DNA of 61,979 bases from Priapulus caudatus (Eukaryota). Position 1 is the stretch's first letter, and each line of letters opens with the position of its first letter. Positions 11,801 through 26,000 of this stretch are shown here, piece by piece. A model generated the notes under the pieces. It was not told where the DNA came from. It ran no database searches and was given only the letters and a program-made list of their open reading frames with translations. The stretch spans positions 879,695 through 941,673 of the forward strand of contig NW_014577084.1 of the NCBI RefSeq assembly GCF_000485595.1, given 5' to 3'. A program made the position numbers and the translations under genes.

Positions 11801-14800
11801 AAATTTGAATTTCGCACTGCCTCGTGAACAATTCCTATACGTTTTCATCCTAATGTTGTGAGTTTCAAACACAAACAAATGGTAGGTTGCAAGCAGAGAA
11901 AAAAAATGCACAAGCAAGAAGGAATTATTATTTTCTCTATGTTGCTGTAACTGTGCAGTAAGAATGATCAAAGTTCTTGAGATGAACATGAACCAATGGA
12001 AAGGCATGAAGAGACTTGCTACGTATATATATGTCGTAATATACATAATATATATATACAGTATGTTCCAGTCATTAATAGGTTATCGTACCAGTGTGAT
12101 TGTGCATAGATTGAATAAGTGTTTCGCTTTCGTGTTCTGCGGTGAAGCCAGGGTTCAACCGTTCAAGGCGGAAGAGGTGCTTTTCTTTATGGTCGGTCTA
12201 TACTTGGTAATCTGGCGTAAGCTAACTAGTATTTGCTCATGCGTAGTGTAAGAGTCCCCCGGTCAGATCAGCTGTTCCAGCGGGTGCGTACTGTTACTAT
12301 AGCTCTCCTGCTCTCGCTGGCTGCTGTGGTAGAGGTCACAAGTGGGCCATGTGTGGGCGATATTGCACTGGGTGGAGAGAGTGAGCGTGGTGTAGTGTAG
12401 AGGCTGTGTTGGTGCTGCTGCTGCTGCTGCTGCTGTAACATGTACACCCGGCAGTGAACGCATCACGGTCACGTGTGAGTGGGTGTGATGCTTTAATATT
12501 GACCGTTGGCATGCGTAAGTATTTCATTCACGACGTTTGTACTCTCGTGTTGCAAACGGTAGCAGGTGTATGCATACGTGCGTGCGTGTGAGTGCCTGTG
12601 CGTGTGTACATGGCATCGACCACCCACCACTGAAGCCACAAAAGAGCTAACCACTTTTATGGGGTGTACCTCAAAGGGGAGTATGGTTTCAATGTAGCTG
12701 TTAAGATTTTGATGGCATTCTGATCGGAGCATGTGTTATTTTGTCCATTTCACGGGCAGCTAATAAGTGAATGTGGGGCGTTTACTGCTAAAACACATTT
12801 CCTAATATTTCTTCAATGTATTTTGGAATGGTATTGATTGAATGTAGTCAGTCAAATGTGTTGTGAAGAAATTTCTTGTCCTGAAAGTTTGCAAAGCAGA
12901 ATAATTTGGGAAGATGTCCCAGGATTACTTACATATAATTTCTTTACTCACCTGTAGTATGCTGTCAGTTCTGTACATTGAATCATCGAATGACTCTTAC
13001 TCCGATACATTCCAGCTGCCTATTGATACCTTGTGCTTTTGTGCAGATATGACTCATCAGAAGTACTCTGTAAAAGTCAATATGTTATTATGTCTTGGTC
13101 GAGTTAATTTCTGAATATTCTGCTTGCTGCTCCCCAAGGGTTGTAAATCTAAGAAATGTTATAAGCTATTTTGTGTAATTATATATATGCGAGTCAGAAG
13201 ACGGGCTGTGTTGGCGGAGGCAATGTATTGATCGACCGTTGTGTTGCGATAACAACGTTGCCATCTATTTACAGGACTGACATAAACGGTGGGATAATGT
13301 TGGGTGTATTTCTATCTTCTTTGAACAAACCGTGTTCTGTTCATAGATTTTGTTTGTGCATAGGGGCATAAGGCATATACATGCATTGCACGCATCCACA
13401 CATACATGCGCGCGCGCGCGCGTAGCTGCGGTGGTAGGTGTGATCTTTATAATATTTGCAGCCTTAATGGTTAAAAAAAAGCATTTTGACAATGCAATTT
13501 CTCTTATTTGTGGGGTTGAATGCCGCTTTATTGTTATGTTGTCTTGACTGTCTGTCTGACTCTTGTCTTGTTGTGAATTTGTATGTAGTATTCTTGTGTG
13601 TATGTAGTTTGCCTGACTTCAATCTGTTCATACTTCAGGTTTGTTCTTACCTCACGTAGGCAGGGATAAAAGTTTTGACCAAGGCCAAGGGAATGCTATG
13701 TATTCGTTCATCCAATAAAGGGGGAATTCTCCAGCAAAATGGGGTTGTCTAAAGTTCAAACCTAAAATAACATGCCAGAATGAAATAAATTTATCTACTT
13801 GTACATTGCTATAGAATATTTTGAAAAAACTGAAAGCAGCATTGCACTGTTTTTGGATATTTGATATATTTTTAAGAATCTTCAGGGAGTCAGTGAGAGA
13901 TGCCTGCTGATGTTAAACCAGGGAGTCTGAAAGTAAAGCAGAAATATGGCCCCAGACTCGTGTTAATTTCGTCCTAAATGGCATATATATACATCGTTGT
14001 AAAGGGGAGCAACTCATCGACTGCCTTTAGTAAATACACGAGTCTAGTCCCGCATTATATGCAAATTATTTTGTCGCGTGCAACTTTTGCCAAGCGACAA
14101 AATCAATAGTTTTGTTATTCAGTTTCAGTATTTAATTAGAGCAGCTTTTGCAACGGGTTTGCTGTGAATCCGAAAGGCGCGAGAATGCTTGCAATGCCTT
14201 GGATTGCCTGATTGGGTGGATGCTCGCTGATGCAGGCAAGCAACGTGCAGTACGAAGTGCTACACGTGTCTCCTACCTTGTCGTGACGCCTCTCTCCTTG
14301 TCAGTCGCGTTTCACTGCACTTCCTCTTCTCCGTTTATCGTGCGAATAACAATTGAAGCAATGAAAAAGAGTAGAGAAATGAGAACAAAAGCATGGAAAA
14401 TATAGGTTACACATTTAGTTTCCTTTTTTGCGCACGATTAGTCAAGCCAGTTCTACCAGCGAAATGCTGGGTGTGTGATCAATAATTCATAATATGATCA
14501 TCAGGGCATTGTCCACGTACAAACCTGACTGTACACTGACAAAAATGGTACTGTGTTTCAAAATAAGCATGTCACAATGTGCATGCGATGACAATATATC
14601 CTAGCTGCTGAGCTCAAGATTACAAATGTGTGTGATGCTATAATATGGATTGTCCGAATTAAATATAGGTAGTTTCTCATTTGACACATCTCACAATCCG
14701 TACAGTCATGTCTGTGCTCATTATTCTTGCATACATAATATATGGTAAAAGCAGTTTGCAAGTTGGCAATTGGTGAGAATGTGACTATCTTGTTTCTCAT

Positions 14801-17800
14801 TTGTCTCTAATAACCGATCGGACATTAAACAATAAATATAGTTTTCGACCTTGTTTCCCCATGATTCCGCTTCCTTACTCATGTGATCGATGATGCTATG
14901 CTTGGTGAGTTGCCTTATGACTACTGCTTTCTCGTATAGATTTGGCGATATTTACTTCTGTACAGCGAGTGGTGTTGACACTGAGCAGCTGTGCAGCGGT
15001 GGTGGATGCGTGCACACATTTGTGTACAGTACATGGGCAGAGAGAGCTGTAAGACCGATATCTGTGTGTACCTGTGATAACGCCGCCGTGCATGTGGGTG
15101 GTAATGTGCTGGGGACGCACTATTTGGTTGCTTCACTAGTAAGTGTTATATAGGCAAGTAATTTTTAGCGGTTATGGGTGGATGCACATGTGCGCAAATG
15201 CGCTATGTTCGTATACACACAGTTTCGCGTGATGAACTGGCACAACTGTTTCACCATTCGAAGTTCCGACCAGTACATGGCCATGTGTTTAACGCACCAT
15301 ATATATGTGTGCGCGTTCGTGCGCGCGTGTCTACTATGTGCGCGTGCGTGCGCTCGCTCGCTCGCGCGTGTGTTTGTTTGTGTGTATGAGCACGCGTGCG
15401 TTCGTGCGTGTGTGTAGTACAGGTGTGAGTCACTACGCTGGTCTTACTACAGAACTGCTGCTGGGTGGGTCGTGCAACACCACTGTGTTGTGATGATCAA
15501 CGCAAGTTTTAATAGAATGGCATCGGCACTGCTTATTAATATCAGGAGTGAATAATAGAGATCTCTATTATTCACTCCTGTTAATATTATATCCGACATC
15601 CTAGTCGGCATTGTCTATCGAGTTCCGGCAACTGGTCTCATCGGTAGTTGTTACGGATTCGAAATTCGTCTAATTACAGTAGTGGAGAGGCCGTTAGGTG
15701 GCCTGCTGGTATCTTTGCTCGCGGTGTGGTGGCGCTTGGCGGGGCATAAATCGGAGCCCAACAATAACGAATCGATATGTGTGCTGTCGTTAGAGTCACG
15801 TCGCGCAGCTGTTGACTCCCTGCAGCCCCGGTTAACAGGTTATACACTCACGCACCGGCAGAGATTGAACATATAGCTCGCAAGGATGGAGCCGGTTAGA
15901 TTACGCTTTAACTCTGCGACGGCACCCGTCGTTGTTAGTGATCCTATTGCTGCTGCTGTTGTTGCTGCTGCTGCTGCTGCTACGGTTGTTCGGGATAGAG
16001 AATCGACAATTTGCAGACACAGCGGCCGTAAAAAGCACGGGCGTGTATTTTCCGCACCCAGCGCTTAATTAATCTGATTATGACGACATTTGACGAGTAT
16101 CGATTCGTGATGTACCGTGACTAGCGGTGTCGATTCAATGTTGAGGGAAATGCGTGGCTATGTCAATGTGGCTTTATCTCACCGAGCAGGGAAATTCTCT
16201 ACAGTCGTAGTCGACGGTAGCCACTGGTGTGTTAGCCGAGAGTTGAAATCAGCAGCCGTTAATACTCTGTTTGAGCCCAGGTCAGCCATCCCGTGTCATT
16301 CTCATCCAATGTTAGAGCTTGATTCTCGCAGCAACGGTGCAGATAGAGAACGACATAGCTAGCAAAGCTAGAAAGTACTGCGGGATAAATCACTGACCAC
16401 TGTCAACGGAAACAGTAGGGTTACAGCTATCTGCAGCATATAAAGCAAATTTATGAGCGTGCACTGTCGCGGTAGACATATAAGTTTCTATTCGGTGCGT
16501 GAAACGTTGGTATAAGCCTAACATGATATCTTGTATTTCTTTGATGATGCGTGACGGTAATATTCACTTGGTGAGGTTAGTTACCCATTTTGTGCTACTG
16601 GTCTCTGGAATTGAATGGGAAATTTTGACCTAGTGAACTTGGGAATGGCTTAAGACATGTACGTATGGGGAACTTGGTTGTGTTGTTTATTGCCAATTTT
16701 CAGCCTTGCTATCACATTATTTATGCTTCAGTATCAATACATGTACCCGGAGCCTGTTGTCAGATCGAGTCTTAAATGGGAACTATGGTAAAACTTGGGA
16801 CTAGTAATACCATACGGGTGGAGTATTGTCAAAAACATTGCTAAGGCTGTAACTAAGCACGTGTAATACCCAGCATTAAAAAGGTAGTGCGTTCGGACTT
16901 CCAGAAAAAGTTATTGTAACACGAAATTGTTCCTGTATTTACCCGCCATTGTCAAAATAGTGTCAACCCAAAAATAAATACAGTGTTTCCCCTGCATTAA
17001 CACGCGCCTCGCTCAAATTTTCAGCCGCAACACAGAAATTTGTCAAAAACACCGCCTCGCTGACGAAAATCGCTGTTCTTCCATCAATAAACTACACTTT
17101 ATTGTACTAAAATCGAAATAAAGCTTCAAACGTAAAACACAATGCAGCGTACTTACGATACTAGGCCTATAGATAAACACAGGTTAGGAAGATGATTGGT
17201 CACATACTTAGCGCCACAGGTGCCATGTTGACTCCAGCAGCGAATTAAGGGCGCTATACCTATGCATACATATGCATGGGTGTTCGTTTGTATACTACAC
17301 CAGGAAAGTGCTTTCATTGAAATAAAATCGCAGTTCATTTCATGATGGTATTACTATTTTTTAAATGTGAATACTTGTATCATTTCATATTCATAGTTTA
17401 TTTGTTCCTTTTGACAACTTGAAAAAGAGATTTAAGAGGCATACAATGTATTCAGAATAGCTTAGAATGAACCAAAATGCACCATTTTTTCAAAAATTCC
17501 CGGGGGCGTGCCGCCGGACCCCCCTAGCTGGGCGAGCTCCTGCGGTGCTCGGTTTGCTAGGTCCTCGAGACGCGCAAACACGCCTCTGAAACCATTTTGC
17601 GCGTTTTTCCCCCAAACTGGCCATTATCTCCGTTGTCTCATTTTTCCTCAGAAGAAACCCTGTTGTATGATTTTATTATTTATGTTATGTCTAGGTCAAC
17701 AAGCTAAGGATTATGAACAAATTTGCTAGGATTTAAAATTATCGTCCTAGGAGTGATTCCTGTTAACAAAGGTTTAGGAGCAAACGTGGAAATTTACATT

Positions 17801-20016
17801 AACTACGTGATGTTAGTTTTAGTATTTGTATCTGTTTTATCATCCCTCCCCTAGTAAGGTGTGGAATTGGATTCATACATGTAATAGCTATCACAATTGT
17901 GTGTTATTGTGGCAAAATTTGCATTGCTAGCTAAATTGCGTCGTGTTAAAAGAGAAGAGGGAATTGCAGAACAAGCTAACAACTTTCTGTAGTCCCTGTA
18001 TGCTGGCAGATACAAACTGCTGGTGACTGCACCCATAAACCGCAAGGTAAATATTGCCTAAAGTTCGTGTGTACATATGTGAGTTTTTCCTATATATATC
18101 TTATAATGTTGAGCATTGTTCTGCCAACCCAAGTTTCCAACTGTACTACACCTGCAATTTCGTGAAGGCCCTAGTAGAACTACAAGCGATAACGGGTTAA
18201 AGTTCTTGTGTATATTTATGGGTTAATGCCTAACTTAATGGTACCTACATATGAAGCATGACTATGTGTGTTGGTGTAGTGCTTGGTGTATAGGTATGAA
18301 GCAAGTCTGTGTAGGGTTCTCATGCTTGGTTTTTGGTCCGATATATGTAATATCTGGTGTGGTTTCGTATGTTTCCTATGTTTTAACTTTTTTCAAACTG
18401 AACATTAGGGCTGTAATTGGTATCAAATTATTTCTATTCGATTATTGATATATATTTTTTCGATATTTCGATCCGATTCGATTTAATATGTAATGCGTGG
18501 ATACCATAATAAAACTCTAATTTCAACCCCTGCGTAACTACGAAAATACTGATACAGAGCCGTGAAAGAACAGTAAACTCATACATAACTTATTTGAGAA
18601 TACATGTATTGTATTCTACTTATGATAACTATGCATTTTATACATCGCTGTGCTTAAATGCAACATGGGCGAAGTATATTTACCTGAATTCAACCAGATT
18701 GACCTGGCGTCACGGCGATGGCGAAGCAGCAGACATGCTTTTCCGGTAGACAGATTTTATTATAGAGATCAGTGAGACAGGATACGCACCAGAGACAATA
18801 GAACACCACAGTTATTGATTGTCTCTGTATGCATGCGCAGTGGCATGCGCCCTGCACTACTTCCGATAATGGCGGCGCTCCGTCAAAAATGCTCCGATGC
18901 TTCGCTTATTACATTTTAGCCACAAAAAGTAATAAACAACACTCTTTTACCAGAAAAAGGATGTACCAACTCTTTATTGTGATACACTGTATCGGATCGC
19001 TATTTTTCGATATCGATATCGGATGCAAATCCATCGCGATTTATCGATGAGGTGGTTATCGATGACAGTCTTACTGAACATGGTTATCTTTATCCAGATG
19101 CTTTTTATAATTTAGGCAGAGGAGTTTCTATTGCGCATATAGTTAATCTAGCCAAAAGCTCTTTCTACACTGGCTGTTTTCCCTTTATAACCAGTTGATC
19201 AGTCGAAAGTCTACAGTCTGTAACAACTAATATCGTCAGTTGATATGTAGCTAAGCCAAGAATCTTGATGGTAAAAAATTGTATTATCGTCTGACAGGCA
19301 GCAGATGCTTGATGATGGAATTCTGAAACAAGTAATTGACTGTAATGGAAGAACCACATCGGGCTTGTTGCTTGTTGAACTGGTTAGGAGGGAGAGGAAT
19401 GTGGCAGAACAGTCGAATGGCGTCCAATTCGGTTGCCAATCATGAATGAAATTTAATTGTACAAACCTAACGCTAGATTCCTTTGCATTTCGTTGAGCCT
19501 CAACCCAATCCTTAGCGAACACATGATGGTCGCTGGTTGTCGGTGCTTCGACGCGTTTGTTTGTGATCAAACGGTATACACGGGTCCTGTCAGGAAGCAG
19601 TGGTGTTTACACGCCGCGCTGAAGCCTCTAGTGAGGAGTATGGCCTGGCTCCATGGCACCCGCCGAGCGCACGCGCGCAGCGTTGTCATATGTGAGTGAG
19701 CGACGGATCGTTCTCTCAGCAGCAGCTGTTCTCTTAGCAACCCGGCAATGAATGCGCCAGCTGATCAAGCACGTATGTGCCTCTAGCCGCGAATTGATTG
19801 TGCTCGCCCGCCCGCCCGCCCATCCAACGTAAGGGAGGGAAGGTGATTTGGTTGCGTCCGACGCTAAGTCATTCATTACCGCTGCGCCGTGCGCGCGGGA
19901 GTTCTCGCGAAAGCTGCGGCGTTGTCGCGGTCGCGCTTCGTGAGCTATGCACTCAGCAACCGCGCTGTCACCGATCAGGCTGTTGTTATTATTATTATTA
20001 TTATTATTATTGCTGC

Positions 20017-20055
<39 letters not shown>

Positions 20056-23000
20056 GTCAGAACCACATCATGCAAAATAACGCTCAACGTGTGAAATAGA
20101 GAATGCGAGTGTGTGTATGCCTTGGAACGGTTTGAGTCGGTTTGTTCCGAGATGTTAGGAAGAAGACAATTTTCACTCAGACACTTGTTCCTGTTCTCGG
20201 AGGCAGTGCTAGCGGTTTTGATTCCCAAAGCATATTTTACTCGTGGAATCAATGCTTTGTGTGCAATCCATTTGCTTCGTCAAGACCACTCACCCTTAAA
20301 TCATAAAATAAATATCAATTAATATCAATAATACAAGTCATATTATTTATCACGTTTTCTGTCAGTTCAGTCTGAAATATGTTGTAGATTGTATATATAG
20401 ACGTATAGATTCTCGTGTCCTTCTAGCCATTTTAGTACGATGCCTATCTCATTTTTATGCGTCTAATCAATGTAGGTAATTATAAACCCTTTCTGTCGAT
20501 TTGCCCGCGCGTGGGAAGTTAATAGCGGGGTGTACGTAGGTGAGGCCGGTGCGGCTACACAGCGCGCGCTCTTTACACAGGCGGGTGGGCGAGTGCCACC
20601 TGCCTATTGTTGACAGACACTAGTGGCGGCTGTCTTTGTCACGTGCCGCGCGCCTACTACAGCTGTGCACCTCTGCTGATAATCATGCGTTGGTGGCTGG
20701 CTATCGTTGTTATAGGCGCTAACTAATGGTTAAACACGGCCACATCTGTGAGTCTACGTAGAAGTGAGCCCTTATACTAGTATATTCACGACGTATATAT
20801 ATGCTCAGCTCTCTGCAACTGCTGTGTACTAACGGTAGTCCAAAGCCATCTGAAATAAGCTTATGATTAATTCTGGTGAGAAATTACTGCCATCTAGGCA
20901 TACGCACACGCTATCTAGGCATACGCGCAGATCTCAGCGGCGCCACCTGCTGACTCATAATTTTCTCTGTGGTCTGCTAAATCACATATTTAATCGCCCA
21001 TGGCAAATAATTTCATTTTGTTCTGAAAATTTCCTAGTATTAACAATTAAAGTAACTAATGCAATTTTGCAATACAATTGCCTGCCATAACATGTATTTT
21101 TGAATAATGTATGTTTGAGCCCTGTTTTGTTGGGGAAATATTTTACACTATATTTCCACTCGTGGAGCGGCAGGAGTTTCATTATAATATATTTTGCTGT
21201 ACCTTTGAAAAGCAACTGGGAACTACTGTTAGAGTGTTTGTTTGTGCAGAGATGGTTTGGTACTTATTAGGTATTTTGGAATCTCCTTTTCACCCTGTCT
21301 CTTCCTCTCACCTACCCTCGCCCTATGCGGAGTTACTATGAAAATTGAAATTCACAATCAGGCTAAAATGTATTCAAATAATAAGGAAGATTTGCGTTTT
21401 ATACAGTACAGTTGTGAAAGTTGCTTCTCAGTCGCCTTCTATTCGATGCTTTATTGTTGTGAGACCCTGCCTTTATGTGAGGTTTCTATCGATTTCCTTT
21501 TGTGATAATGCCACTTTATTGCATTTACACGGTGTACGTTGTTTCTGCACCAGCAGTGTTTTGCATGTCTCCCTCCTGCTCTGAAAGCTAACATCGCTCT
21601 ACATCGGCTACTCTGTAGCTAGCAATTTCTGATTCATATTGACAAGAAATAACAGGAATAGCCTGTCTTAGTGTATCTCATCTCATGTAGAGCGAGCGAC
21701 AGAGAGGGGGGGGGGAGTAGCTGCGTAGTTTTATCGATGCTGTCCTGGCATCAATTTCACCCCACGGCAGTGCACACGGCTGTTATGCATTTCTAAGTTG
21801 TGTGACTTGTTGACATCACTTCTTTATGCGGATGGGAGTGTCCAAGAGTAACCACTGATTATGGTTAACTTGACAATATAATAAGAACGTTCGTCTGCAT
21901 GTGATGTGAAATTAGAGACGTCGTAGATTAGTTCAGCTTATTTTCTAGAACTAGTGCTAGTTAATATGATGACTAGTACTGACTGACTCTAGACTGTACA
22001 GAGAGGTTTCCACATAAAGTTGTGTTCTGCTTGTTTAAGTAAGTATTGAGAGGTGGTTTTTAGGTTACGTTCCTGTGTGCTGTTGGTAAAAGGCAAGCCT
22101 GCATGTAAGCTAAAAATGTGTATAGCCAGAGGTAAATCAAAGGCCTTTCTGGTTTTGCTCACTGCTGTGATACAGTAAAATTTCAACAGTGGACAGAACT
22201 GATTTGAACGAAAGGTGTGAATGACATCTGTGAGGTGTGAGTATGTTTTCCTCAGCCCGTGTGAGTGAGAGACCTCGCAGTACAATAAGCAGGTTAGAGA
22301 TCTGCCAGTACTATCAAGTGCTGTAATGTGAATGAATGGCAGCATTGTTTATTTATTAGCTCACCTGACGTAGTTAGATGCAGCTTGTAGAATCGCGTGA
22401 TCGTCCGTCCGTCAACACTTACAGTTGGGCACAAATCTTAACCGCTCGACGTACGGTCACGATATTCGGGACGTTGGGCGGGGGGGATCGTGAAAAGGAC
22501 TCGGGATGACAAATTTGGCGGTCAAAGGTCAAGATGTGTAAACGGAGGGGGAATATTTCCCCCTTAAAGGCTTGCTCGCCCTACGATTTGACTATCGGCG
22601 ACTACTTTATCGCCGATTAGCAGCGTAGCAACACTCACGTCGACTTGAAGTGCCTTCACGCTATACATCGCCGATCAGATCATAGCGTTCTTGCAGGAAA
22701 CGGAGACGGGTTCGCGGCCCCAGTATTTGTACTAGCACAAGCAGTTTTTTAGCACAAACAGAGTAAGCTTGACGCCGGGCCAATCTACATAAAACGAGTC
22801 ACGTAAGGGACCAACAAAATGGCGCTTACCAGTAAACATCAGGTAACTTCGTAAATCTATCCTCAATTTTCTGAAAATCGTTATAATCATGTGCAGAAAA
22901 AAAATTTATGTGATATATCATATACGGAAAACTTAATATATATTTGAGAAAAGGGTTGTGCAATAATTCCTCCTTGTAAACTGCTGACGAGTGCTGTGTA

Positions 23001-26000
23001 GGCTGCCATTTTGTTAATCACGTGACTTGATAATCATGTGACTCGACACATTGCGGTGATTGGCTGCCACTCACGATTTGTCGCCGACGCCGCATAGAAA
23101 TAGAACCGTTTCTATTCCTGCGATCACAGTCGGCGACCGTATTTTCGATTGTAAGAGAACTCATGTCGAGTTTGGTTGCCGATGTTTTTATCGGCGATCT
23201 GGCCGGTTTTTGACGTACGATATTCAAATCTTGTCGGTGACTAGGTCGTAAGGCCGACCTAAGCGGGCCTTTACTTAAATGGACAGTAGCCTCTAAGATT
23301 TTACTGCATACAACTGTACTTACTGTATAACAAATCGTCTATACCCACACGTATTTGTTACCAGATACCTAAATTTAATTGTATATAATTAATTACATCA
23401 TCAACAGCTACGAAATTCGAACGGCCGGCCATGACACCCGCGACCGTGCTGGCCACCGGTCGAAAACAGTGCCGTATTGGACGAATTTATTTTGGCCACG
23501 TTAGCAGACCGAGGGGCTAATCACAAAGTGCAATTATATTTATACCTAAATGCATTTAACAGCGAACCACCGCACGATATTTATTTTACGGGGCAAATTT
23601 ATCCATATGTAACTAAAACTATATGTCGTTTATAAAGATATTTACAATCCTTTGCTTTTAAATGAAGTAAATAAAGAAAGCACCTTCGGTCCATGTAGGC
23701 CCTGTGGCTGAAAAGTGGTTTGCGCAACTTATCAGATTGTGGCGCGTTTTTGAGTGGCGGCCAACCGTCGTTGTAATCAAAACTGTAGTCGTTAGTTTTA
23801 AAACATTAAAAAAAATGTTTGTTATGGTGATTGAACCATGAAACTTTTTATGTAGCGTAATTATAACCTAAATTAGCTGAAAATAACCCTAGAACCTAGA
23901 GTAAACTTTCCCTTTAAGGTATAGCAGGAAATACGGAATTGCGGCACAAATGTTAACGGCTCGACCTATGCTCGGTGTATAGTATGATGGGCAGGAAACC
24001 CATCACCAGTGCGAAAATGAAGGTTACAGGTCAAAGGGCAAGGGGGAAAGGTCAGATATCAGACATTTTCTGAGGACATGGCCTAATGGACAGAGTGGAA
24101 AACTTTTTTGTGTCAGCGCTTACCTACCATTCTTATCACTTTATTGAAAGGACCATGAAATGTGCTTTCGACTGACGTGCGAAGAGTAAGTGTCTGATAA
24201 CCTTTTGACCCTCAAGAGGAGGGTTAAACATGGATTCCTGAACTGCCTCAATGCGTCAATCTAGAAACCCAATAAGCCTGGCTAGCCGAACGCGTACAGC
24301 ACAGGCGTCATGGCTCAAAGGTCGTTGGATCGAATCCCATGTGATTTTTTATGATTTACCTGTTTTTTCTATTTTTCTATCTTTATCCATTTAACTATTT
24401 TTTTCCAATTAATGCAAATATTTACATTATTTATTTACAACAATTTAATAGCAACATAATTTTTACAACAATTATTATTTTTTAATTGGGTTAGGGTTAG
24501 TGAATAGTGTCACAATGCACCATAAAACCGGAGTTTCAGGCACGCGATTTGTATCAAACAATGGGATTTGGGAGGTATGCAGAATTCAGAAGGTTCCTGA
24601 AATTATGTGTACGCAACTGCGTATCTGCGCCTAACAAAGGTGTCACTACGCACGACTTAAATGTTACGTTTATAACCGTAGCAACAGACCTCAGATGAGC
24701 CCAGACGCTCTGCGGCTCTTGTATTTTTTTAGTGCCTGTGCCTCGCACAGTCTTTCGTACAAAATTATTCTGTTTAAAATAGCTAAATAGAATAGAGTCG
24801 TGCTGAATAATTTGTTACTCAGCCTTGGATATAATGTTGAAAGCAGACTTGAATAGAAGCTTTTATGCTTCGTGTCTGGTGGGAGGTATGCATGGTAAGA
24901 GATCCTGGCACAGATACAGTATGCATCGCTAGTATATATATGCAGTGTGCATAGCGTGTGCAGTGTGTGGGTCTAAAAAAGTTTAACCATCGAGCTCATG
25001 TTATTCGAAAAGCAGCTGTAATGCAGGCGTATATGCAGCTAAAAATGATGTGATTTGCGACCTACCACCTTTTAAGTTCTTGCACTAAATTCAGTAACGC
25101 TTTTGTAACTTATAACGGAGACAGCAAAATATTGTTCTTTTAGTTTTAAGCTGTTTTTCAAAGACGACTGTATGCTGTAATATGCGCCTCCTTCATATAC
25201 ATCATTTGCTGTAACTCAAGCACATAGAAAGGCGTTGTTCGTCTGGGTGCTGTATTTAAATAGAGTTTAAATTCATCTGAGTTTGGTTATGAAAATGTGA
25301 GCTAGATAAGAAACGGGAAAAGGGAGGCTTGGCAGCCGTAATGATTCAATTAGGGAATCCTGAGTTGTGCAAGCCCCTCATTATAAATCAATCTGAATCA
25401 GAGACGGCGCAGGTGAATGTTTAGCAGCAACGATTGCTCTTTGTTCCAATTCGATACTGGGAAGTGTTTCAGTCGTTAAAGGCCCTTCTACACATGATGC
25501 GATTCGTGCTGAGCACGGAACGTGAGTTTCGTGCTCAGCACGAATCTCACCGTGTACGGCGTCGATTTATGTGAGTTTTTGGTCTCACGAGGTGGGGAGG
25601 AAAATATATGTCGCGTGTGATAATTTTGGTCTCGCGAGGCTGAAAGCTTAGTGTGTGCGGGTTATGTGCGACTCCTGCTCACACTCACTCAGTGGCGGCG
25701 CATTTTGATTGGTTCCGCCATTTTGATCAGTCACATGACCTACAGGCTACAGTGGCACCCGCTCGTAAGATCCGTGCTCAGCATGAACCTCACCGTGTGC
25801 GGGGGTGTGAGATTCCTGCTGAGCACGAAACACGCTCCGTGCTCAGCACGAATCTCACCGTGTGCGCCGGGCATAATGACCAATGATCATACCATTATGA
25901 TATCGATGAGCTGAGTTAATTGATTAGGTAACTTGCTTTCGTAGTGAAGTCGATGAGTAATGGCTTCACGTGGCTGTCACCATTCTTGATTCACAATGTG

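Larger units (their letters stand above)
22355..24724 (+). mobile_element. Helentron-type non-autonomous element (HINE/DINE-1-like) carrying nested insertions
   Basis: 5' ttattagctcacctgac + hairpin + (gtcc)n; 3' tcagatgagc..cgctctgcggctcttgt; collinear with the inverted copy at 50364-50997. Confidence 0.75.

Noticed and set aside
19165..19450. Decayed LINE ORF1 fragment (RLSTDQLVIKGKQ)
   Set aside because: Resemblance is limited to one short motif, too weak without a search.
24276..24340. Functional tRNA gene
   Set aside because: A/B-box-like motifs are present but the stems do not pair convincingly, and it lies inside a repeat.
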